A stretch of DNA of 62,968 nt, filler included, from Jimgerdemannia flammicorona (Eukaryota), in NCBI GenBank assembly GCA_003990765.1. It is 2 parts of 2 records of this genome, joined end to end, with 100 filler letters (N's around TTAATTAATTAA, not from the genome) between each part and the next. Parts side by side here need not be neighbours in the genome. Positions count along the whole stretch, not along the records: positions 31,539 to 62,968 come from RBNJ01000399.1; 1 more part is not named here. One strand, 5' to 3'. The notes under the pieces are model-generated. The model did no database searches and was not told the DNA's origin. It saw nothing but the letters and a program-made list of their open reading frames with translations. Each line of letters begins with the position of its first letter. The stretch's first letter is position 1. This document shows positions 53,494 to 62,968 of this stretch, piece after piece. The position numbers and the translations under genes were made by a program.

Positions 53494-55020
53494 AAATCCT
53501 CAAAGCCGGTACCAGAAGATTTTAACAAAGGAAACTGACCTTTTTGACTTTACGACCCATGTTGGTCATCGATGTGAACCTCTCTGTTACTAGCCAGGGC
53601 TGATATTTGCTGTGGAAATTTTGCTGTGTGAAAGGTATAGAGCCGGTCAGTACTATACACCTACTAAGTCAATAGAACATAAAGCCGCGCGCTCTTTCAC
53701 GCTCCCCACAGAACCAAAGTGACTGCAGGTGTGGTCTATTATGTGAATCACGCCGTCCGCATACCACCCCCCACAGCGACCGTAGTAACAGGTGTGGTAC
53801 GGCCGAACGCTCGCAGACAAATTGCCTACGAAACGTTCCCCACAGAGATCGCAATCACTGTAGATATGGCCCTAGCAGTCGCGCGTTGGCACCCCTAAAT
53901 GCTTCCCACACAAACCGAAGTCAATGCAAGTGTGACTGCCGCGAAATCCTCAAAGCCGGTACCAGAAGATTATAACAAAGGCAACTGACCTTTTTGACTT
54001 TACGAACCATGTTGGTCATCGATGTGAACCCCTCTATTACTGGTCAGGGTTGGCAATTTTCCCTGTGAAAATTTCGCTTTGGAAAGATAATTAGAGCCGG
54101 TCAGTACTATACACCTACTGAGTCAATAGAACATAAAGCCGCGCGCTCTTTCACGCTCCCCGCAGCACCGAAGTAACTGCAGGTGTGACCTTTTATGTGA
54201 ATCACGTTGTCCGCATACCACCCCCTACAGTGACCGTAGTAACTGCAGGTTGCAGGTGTGGTACGGCCGCACGCTCGCAGACTAATTGCCTACGAAACGT
54301 TCCCACAAAGACCGCAATCACTGTAGATCTGGCCCTAGCAATCGCGCGTTCGCACCCCAAAACGCTTCCCACACAAACCGAAGTCGATGCAGGTGTGACT
54401 GCCGCGAAATCCTCAAAGCCGGTACTAGAAGATTATAACAAAGAAAACTGACCTTTTGACTTTACGACTCACGTTGGTCATCGGCGTGAATATTTCTGTT
54501 ACTGGCAATGGTCGACGATTTTCTCTGTAGAAATTTGGCTATGGAAAGGTAGAGCCGGTCAGTACTATACACCTGCTGAACCAATAGAACATAGAGCCGC
54601 GCGCTCTTTCACGCTCCCCACAGAAACCGAAGTCAATACAGGTAGGACGCTTCGCTGCCAAATCCTCAAAGCCGGTCATACTGGAAGGTTATAACAAAGG
54701 GAACTGACCTTTTTGACTTTACGACCTGTTGATCATCGGTGTGAACCTTTCTGTTACTGGCCAGGATCGGCGATTTTTGCTGTAGAAATTTTGTTGTGGA
54801 ATGGTAGAGTCAGTCAGTATTATGGGTCAATAGAACATAAAGCCGCGTGCGCTTTCACGCTCGTTACAGAAACCGAAGTCAATCAGGTATGACACCGCGA
54901 AATCCTCAAAGCGGCCATACTGGAAGATTATAACAAAGGAAACTGACCTTTTTTTAGATTTGCAAGTTTAGCAATGACGTTACGACCCATGTTGGTCATC
55001 GGTCTGAACCTCTCTGTTGC
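53494..55020. repeat. Second tandem array: 5 copies (periods ~450, 463, 254, 240 bp) with nested ~66-bp subrepeats
   Basis: Anchor AAATCCTCAAAGC at ~53494, 53944, 54407, 54661, 54901; subrepeat CCCACAGAAACCGAAGTCA.TGCAGGTGTG. Confidence 0.93.
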
Positions 55021-55246
55021 TGAATTTCTAGCTCACTCACGAATGCGGATCGAGAAATTCGAGTAGTGGCATCGGATTTCTTGATTGATAGAATGTCGTC
55101 CAGTTTTTCAAGCTCTATTCGGTAACAGGCTGAATACAGAAACCCAAATGATAGTGGCAAAAACGAAGCGCACTCATTAGAGAGCAAGACTATAAACCAT
55201 AAAAATACGAAAAAATAGAAATAGAAATAAAAAGCGTGTCAGTAAG

Positions 55247-55290
<44 letters not shown>

Positions 55291-55293
<3 letters not shown>

Positions 55294-57660
55294 GATAGTT
55301 AGATTAAATTATGAGTATTCTTCAGTAATCTATCTTAATATTCATAAAGTTGACCTACTTTTATCTGCTAACATAATTGCTATTACCTCTGTATTTTCAA
55401 ATATATAAGTGCTTGAGATTGCTATTTAGTATACTAGACTATCTGATCTTACTACTTATATAGCAAGTTTTACCAAACTTTATACTCTTAAGATCAGAAG
55501 TTCTGTTACTAGAGAATTAGATAAGAAGATCAAGACAGAGCTAAGTATCTTTAATAAAAAATAGTATTATTAGTATATATTAAATAGAATAAAATATTTA
55601 TAAAGAAATAGATTCTATTCTTTTATATATATTATCAGATAGCTTAGCCTCTGATTTTTATTTTTATTTTATATATAATAATATATATTATAGATAGATA
55701 GCTAGACAAAAATATAGAGTATTTACTATTTTATATTAGAATCATATTCTTAATCTTATTACTATTATTTATATTTATAGTAGTCTACTTATATTTCTTA
55801 ACTTATTTTACTAGTAGTTTATATATATTATATTTGTATATATTCTTGTTATACTGTAGATTAGTTATTTATTTATATTCAATACTTAATAGCTTAGATT
55901 TATTCTATACTTGTGAATATTTTGATATATTGTATTAAAAGATTTTATATTCTAATAGTTTATATATTAGCTATATCTATAAGCTTTTATATAATACTAA
56001 TAAATTATAGTAGAATGATAAAGACTATATAACTATATAATATATCAATTATACTTCATAGTTATTAATATAGATAATATCTAGTAAAGTTATATCTTAT
56101 CTATATATTAAAGCTATATATATTAGTAAGATATACAAAGACTGTATTCTCTTTTCATCTATCTTATATATATATATGTATATATCTAATCAATACTCTT
56201 ACTACAGTCATTAAAATAATACTATACATCTCTTCATCTAAACAAGTATATACTATATAATATCTATTTGACAATTCCAATCTTTTTCAGATCATTCTTC
56301 AGACTGGCAAGAATTATATATATAATATAGTACTATCTAATATAACTTAACTATATTTATCAACTGATAGAAAAAGATATTCTAAAGATAGACTATAATA
56401 TACCAGCTATCTCAGATATACCCTGATAGGATAGATGTTTTAATCAATATCATTATAGTATAGTATAAGTAGCTCTATATTTAATAAAATACATAAGGTA
56501 GATCAGTAACTAATAACATAGCAATATCTTAATTAGACTGAAATATATATAACTATTTTGAGTATTCTTGTGATAATCTAGTATTACTATGATATAGATT
56601 TCTCTGAACTCAACATTAGTTATTTGTAGATATAAAATCTCCTTAATCTATAAGAGACAGAGAAATGCAAAGATATATATATATTGGAGAATAGTTAATA
56701 TAGAATTTACTAGTAATATATAATAATTCTTACAATTTCTATATATATACTGATATGCTCTCATATAGTTTATAATTACCATTATAGTAGTTATACAGAT
56801 ATCTCATATTCTCTATCTATAGTATATATATAAACTTAGGGTACTTGCTTATATCCCTTTGTCTGTAGATAAGATCATCTTTTAAAATCATTTAGCAGAC
56901 AAATTAAAGTTTGAAAAAAATGATTTTTTGAAACATTGTTTTTCTGTTAAAAATATATCTCGATTTGTTTAAAAACATTTTTTTTTTTTTTGTAAAATTT
57001 TTACCAAAGATAGAATTATTATATAAAAAATTATTGGTAAATTTTTTTTTAAAAACTATTATGATTTTAAAAGTTATAAACTTTTAAAATCTTGCCTCTA
57101 AATATAGGTGCAAAATAGTCAAAGGGATATATACTTTATATTACTAGAGACTACTCATATATTACTTAACTAGAATAGACTGGAATAGATTACTAATCTA
57201 TCTATCCTGACTTCTGCTATAGTAGTATCTTAGAGACTCAATATCAAGACTATTATAGTGAAATAAAATAATAGTCTATATTTTCATTATACTATTATAC
57301 TTAAAAGGAGAGATAAAAGACTATTTAATAAATAACTCAGAAGAACCAGTCTCTACAATATATGAATATACTGTTAGCCCCTGGTAATTCAGATGTTGGC
57401 CATGATTGTTCTTAGTATACTTGTACTTATATTTGTAAAGAATAAAGATAATAATATCTATTAGAGTCTATTCTGATAGAATATTAAAATCAAATACTCT
57501 TTGCTGAAGTTTGATATATCAATATTTGCTAAATCACAGATATTTATTCCAATATCTGCAGCTAGCTAACAGTTAGGCATATGGTCTATACAGATTTATT
57601 TTTAATATAATATATATATAGCTCATATTGTCATTATATAATTTGTACAATATACTGATC
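55291..57660. mobile_element. Very decayed AT/TpA-rich repeat-derived sequence, family not identified
   Basis: Near absence of CpG and excess TpA as in the other transposons; no motif I can assign with confidence. Confidence 0.4.
56855..57126. mobile_element. 272-bp MITE with piggyBac-like CCCTTT…AAAGGG ends and ATAT flanks
   Basis: ATAT|CCCTTTGTCT … AGTCAAAGGG|ATAT; AT-rich noncoding interior that differs from its flanks. Confidence 0.6.
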
Positions 57661-58586
57661 CATTAGTTATATAGCATAGTCTTCAAGATCAATAGATAAT
57701 TCATCAGCCTCACCCTCACTATTCACAGTCTGATTCTCTTTTAATAGCAAGGTCTGAGCCAGTTTGGCAGTAGACATATATGATGACTGTATGTAAAACA
57801 GATTACAGAAATATAATTTGTTTTGATCTATCCTCATTGTATACTGTAACAGTTGGATGCTCAATCCAGCCATGGCAGTATTTACTACCAGATTGATATT
57901 GTCTGGCAAGGCACCAACAGAATGGGGGCATGTTTTCTGTGCAGTAAAGGAGGAGGATGGTGTATGTCATACATGGTCTTTTAAAAATAACGCGGACTGT
58001 GAAAATGGACTGGGTACTAAAATGGATATTGCTTCGCCACCTGTTTGGAAAGCAGTCAAACATGTCCAGACATATATGACTGCTTTTCTGGGGAGTGGCT
58101 TGGATTGGGCGCATAGGACGCATGGAGCTTAAAGGCAGGACCAAAATCGATTCTGTGGTCCCGTAGAGAGAGTGGAAGAAAAGAGACAGCACTGGTGTCA
58201 CGCAGTACCCTTGTAAAACCTGATCTTCTATATTGGATTAGAAGACAAATGGCTTGGTATAGTGCAGACTGATTGGGGGGCATATAATACATTCAACAGA
58301 AAATAACTTCGGGTGATGAATGTTCAGTGCAGTAACACAACTGATGTTATTAATTCTATTCAATTCTGTCACACGTCAATCCACCACCAATACCCCATTT
58401 GAATTACTAAGAACTCATTGATATATAGCACGAAACCCTGAAGTATGGTGGCACTCACTGGTGCATTTTTTTTACACACACATCAGTCATGATATTTATT
58501 ATATCTCTTCTGTTATGTCGAACACTTGTTTAAATAACATAGCTATTTCAAATACAAAAAAGCTTTAATGCTCGAGCTTAAGCTCC

Positions 58587-58937
58587 TTAATTATGGGTAA
58601 AGGAGAACTCGGCAACATTTCGTTCGACCAGATGGATCCAGGTGGCTGTACCCGGAATATCCCCCGAAACAGTTTTGCCATGAACCGTAGCAATGGCCTT
58701 GTAAACATTGTTATAATCTACACTCGTAGCATTCTTCCCAGCGCGAGCATCGATATCTTCTGTTAGTTGAGCAAGAGCACAAGCATGGTAATGTTAGACG
58801 CTTAAATATAGTTTCTGATATATGTTAGACATTAGAATAAGGTTAACAAAGTTACCATTCCAAATCTCGGTCCCATCAGGAAGTTTCAAAGAGATCCGTG
58901 CGGGGTGCGGAGTCGTGTTCAGGCAGTAAATATCCAT
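58587..58937 (-). CDS. Small two-exon hypothetical protein, 84 aa (MDIYCLNTTPHPARISLKLPDGTEIWNEDIDARAGK…EFSFTHN)
   Basis: Exons 58937-58856 and 58759-58587; 96-nt GTAACT…CTAAC…CAG intron joins in frame; TATATAAA ~50 nt upstream; CpG-intact DNA. Confidence 0.72.
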
Positions 58938-58983
58938 GATGGAATAACTTGGTTGATTGGAAATCGATAACTCTGAGCAAGCC

Positions 58984-58991
58984 TTTATATA
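58984..58991 (-). promoter_or_regulatory. TATA box of the small gene
   Basis: TATATAAA on the minus strand ~50 nt before ATG 58937. Confidence 0.55.
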
Positions 58992-59092
58992 TGAATTTGG
59001 GAACTTTGAAATTTGATATCGGGTGATGTGACCAGTATTCATTTTGACCTACTTTCGACTTTGAGACCTGGTGCGAAGGTGCGGAGCTGATG

Positions 59093-59190
59093 GTCACATA
59101 GCAACAAGCAGGGGTGTATACATAGCAACAAGCGATCAACTGGCTTGTACAACAGATAGTTACATAGCAACAAGCGCAACAAGCAGGGTG
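59093..59190. promoter_or_regulatory. Three ACATAGCAACAAGC repeats, RFX X-box-like
   Basis: GTCACATAGCAAC (59093), GTATACATAGCAAC (59116), GTTACATAGCAAC (59159). Confidence 0.4.
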
Positions 59191-59551
59191 TATATTTGTG
59201 ACTGGTCATTTTTGTAATGCAAACAACTGCGCAATACCCAATGCAGACCAAGCCGGTCGCTATCAAGATAAGATCCATTCACCATTGTTCATAGGTTGTA
59301 AATGTGGCTGGCCATTTGTCCATCCTTGGGAATATCTGCAATAGGGTGTCGCCATTCGGTGTATCGAAGGGGTGTTTGTTGTGTGGCTCCGTGTCTGGTG
59401 TGACAGTTCCACAAAAATTGATCATGGGATATGCACGGAATATACTGGTTCTAATTATATGGACTAAGAAAAGCATTGCGGGGCCACTGGGGAGGCTTGA
59501 AAAGGGGCTGTGGTGTGCGGATTCCTGAGATTTCCTATCCCTGGTAAGACG

Positions 59552-62500
59552 TATATATATAATTATCAGTAATTTCTTTTTGTGAGTTACTAGCTTCTGT
59601 TCTGCTGGTAATTGTTTTTGTAACTTGAAGGCAATAGGATGATATTCTTTTTTATTATCTTGTAACAAGACTACTATAATAGTGAAATTTGAGACATCAG
59701 TGGTAACTGTGAATTTCAGATTTAAATTAGAATTTTATAATACTGGAGTATTGGTCAGGTAGTTCTTGAGTTCTTGGAGTACTTGTTGATAAAAGAAGTC
59801 TCAGGTATAAGATATATAATACTCTGAGTATAGTACCTTCTTCATTAGATTTATATAAGGCTTAGTAATTTCAGAGAAGGTTCTGATAAAGTAGTAATAA
59901 TAGCTGGCTAAGTCTAGAAAGAATCTGAGTTCTGTAAGATTTGCTGGCTTAGACCATTATTGGATTATCTTTATTTTATATAGATCTACCTGGATTTCTT
60001 GGGCAGAGACAATGTGGTCAAGATATTTGACTTGTTTCTTAAAAATTCATATTTCTTGAGTTTGATAAATAACTTATATTCTTGTAGGATTTCCAAAATA
60101 AGATAGATATGCTTGAGGTATTCTTCTTTAGTTATACTAAAGATCAGAATGTCATCAAGATATACTAATAGAAAAATAAAAAGTTAGTTCTTGAATATCT
60201 TATTTATAAGAGTTTAGAATATTATAGATATATTGGTAAGACTAAATACTAGAACTAGAAATTTATAGAGTCTAAAGAGGGTTATAAAAGTAGTCTTGAG
60301 GATATCTTCTAGCTTAATTCAAATTTGATAATATTCAGACATAAGGTCTAGCTTAGTGAAGAACTTAGCATTCTTAAGAGTATTAAATATCTAATCAATG
60401 AGAGATAGTAGATATCAGTTCTTGACTATAAGCTTGTTGAGTATACAGTAGTCTATATATATTCATAAAGTTCTATCTTTTTTCTTAACAAAAAGAACTA
60501 GTGAGCTATAAGGAGACTTGCTAAGCTAGATGACTCTTCAGATAAGTAGTTCTTCTAGTTCTTTTTTAACTGCTTCTATCTTAAGAGATGATATACAGTA
60601 TATATATTTCTTGAATAATATAACTTCTAGAGTCAGTTCAATTTTATAGTCTACTTTTTATATAAGTAATAGGCCAGATAGCTTGTCTGAAAAAATATCC
60701 TTGAATTCTTCTAGCAGTAACTTGATACTTTCATTAATTAAAAGTTTCTTATCTTATTTCTTAAGATAGATAATAATGATAAAAGTATATATATAATACT
60801 TTCTTAAGTATCTTCTTGTATTTTATTGCTGACAGAGTAGTAATCTGAGTTTTGTTTACTAATTTGTCTAACTTGATAGTAATATTAGCTCTATCTTATA
60901 ATAGAGTAACTTTGTTTCTATATTAATCAATATTCAGATTGTACTTAGTAAGTTAGAGGTTTTCTAAGATCAGATTATAATCTCCTAGAGATATGATATT
61001 GAAGTTAACTTATTCTCAATATTTCTAGATCTTGATAGATAGTTTGGTAGTAATTAACTTAATAAAATATAGAATATCATCTGTTATAACTACTTTTTCA
61101 TTCTGGGTACAGACTTGGTAAAGATCTTGAGGGTTTTAATAAGGTTCTGATTGATGAAGTTACTAGCTACTCTGCTATCAATAAGTACTTAAACTTCTTT
61201 TCTCTTAACTGGTTCTTTAAAGATGAGTATTGCTTGAGCTTGGTTTATAGATAGGCTTACTACTTGGTCTGTACTTCTAAAGTCTTTCTGATCTCACACA
61301 ATTGAGAGTAGTTCTTGGACTTCTACATATGATCTTGAGTTAGCTTGCTTCTTCTAGAATTATTTGTGCAATTTTGTCTCCTTTCTTAACTATGTAGTCT
61401 TGATCCTTCTGATTAATAATTAGAACTTAAACTTGTTCTCAATAGTTTAGATCAATGATATCAGCACTAATATCTAAATGATAATTAATGCTAAGTTCTA
61501 ATCTGGGTATAATTCTTACATAGTGGTCTTCTGAATATTGAATTACAATTTCAGTAGATATTAGGGGGTTTTTTTTTCATAGAAATAGTAACTTATTTGA
61601 TTGAATACAAGTTAAGACCAATGGCTCTTTCTGATTGATATTGAGGAATCTGGATCTTTGAATATAGCTTCTTGATCTTAAGTTCTAACTAACTAGTAGT
61701 GGGGTTGATAAGTATATCTTTGAACAATACAGTAACTGATCTTGCAGGTTTGCTTATCTTTTTAGAATATTTGGTTGTAATATATTCTATTTGATAGTAG
61801 AAGAAATATACTTCTGACTTCTTTAAACATTCTTTCTCTTTAGAAGTGAGTTTGGTATTTTTCTTATTTATAGAATTTAAGTCTATTGGGGCTGATTCTA
61901 CAGTTCTAAGCTAGTTTTTGTTATAGTTTTCAAAGTGATTCTTCTTATAATATTTTAGTTCAAAGTAGTAATTATAGATAGTAATATCAAATCTATTGAC
62001 TATTCTCATAATATCTTTAAAGAATTCTGACTCTTCTAGTTCAACCTTGACTTATATGTTTTTCTTTAAACTTTTGATATAGTAGTCAATTTTCTTATCT
62101 TTATAACTCTAGAAGAATTAATAGGAATTATATATTATATATAACTTTATATAGACTTGAGTTGCTTAATATTTACTAGTCTATCCTGATAGTATTAGCA
62201 GACTTGAACTACTTATAAAGAACTTCCTTGAAGGCTGTCTAATCTTCTATTCTATTTTTTAATAAATAGATATAATCATATATAATACAATTGTACTATC
62301 AGATAGCAGTATTTCTCAGAGAAAGATGGTGGTAAATTAGACTTATATGTCTTCTTTTATTCTTATAAATTCAAAGTATTAGTCCAATTAGAAGGTCCAG
62401 ATATCAGTAGATAGTCTTTCTTAGTAGCTATCAAAGGTATTTGATTTGAATGACTTAAAATTAATAAGTATAATTATAAGATATACTATTGTATTTTTTG

Positions 62501-62968
62501 TTTTCTATTATTCTAGCTATACTTATAGATATTAGAGCTGATATATTATATTAGTAATCATTTCTACTAGGTCCACCTATATCTCTGAATTAGTATCTCC
62601 TATTAGAGTAGGTTCTGGCTAGTTGACAGATTCTCTACAGTTCATCTTGAACTTATATGACTAGTTGTAACTAGTTTTTAAATTTGTATAAGGTTTTTTT
62701 AATAAGATAAGATATAACTTTATCACTGCTATCAAGTATAACAGTTCTAGTTTCTTTAAGAGAAAGTAACTAAATATAAAAGTATTTAAATAGGTCTAAA
62801 GTAACTCAAAGAGATACTTATAGATTTAAAAGATCTTAAAGGATTTCTAAAGAAAAATAAACTATTCTTTATTTGAGTAAAAGATGAAGATATTTATATA
62901 GATTAGAAAGAAGAATCTAAAAGAGTCTTAAAAATGAAGAAAAAGATCAGAAATAAGTTTTTTTTTTT
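59552..62968 (-). mobile_element. Decayed Ty3/Gypsy element C (gag-PR-RT-RNase H), truncated within RNase H, no dUTPase seen
   Basis: VLIDSRVASNFI (protease, ~61180), LFVKKKD…IDYCILN, FTKLDLMSEYYQI, VYLDDILI (~60155), TTDVS…LLQDNKKEYHPIAF…PAEQ…THKKKLL. Confidence 0.88.

Noticed and set aside
53700..54410. CRISPR-like repeat-spacer pattern
   Set aside because: Eukaryotic context, no cas genes, degenerate repeats, and spacers duplicated with the larger unit.
56660..56695. KCKDIYIGE as a Penelope GIY-YIG motif
   Set aside because: Single short match in AT-rich decayed DNA; no upstream VY…CxxC and no recognisable RT.
57667..58292. Overlapping short ORFs as a gene
   Set aside because: No consistent frame, splice model or recognisable domain.

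Overview
Eukaryotic, repeat-dominated DNA, most likely from an early-diverging fungus (Mucoromycota-like; inferred from short GT-AG introns, L1/Tx1 LINEs and the transposase types). Two segments are joined by an artificial 100-nt N/TTAATTAATTAA spacer (31439-31538). The left segment is one four-level nest. A decayed dUTPase-bearing Ty3/Gypsy element (A, minus strand) is split by a long-TIR Tc1/mariner-type element (3262-27760). That element received a second dUTPase-bearing Gypsy (B1, 3652-18291, with a full-length LINE in its 3' LTR) and two more LINEs. The right segment has a decayed DDE transposase, a spliced kelch-repeat membrane-protein gene, and a second Tc1-like element (38237-49718) with a sister Gypsy (B2, 40608-49361) in its TIR. 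It also has a CpG-intact island with two unexplained tandem arrays, a piggyBac-like MITE, a small two-exon gene missed by the ORF track and a third Gypsy remnant. Transposons are almost CpG-free and full of C>T/G>A stops, whereas genes and the arrays are not. Main points of interest: a ~281-aa ORF inside the U3 of all four family-B LTRs with a likely homolog in family A; integrase in a separate frame; both B copies inserted in Tc1 TIRs; and a 360-bp array that escapes CpG erosion and has a variable ~40-bp cassette. All alignments and translations were done by eye.
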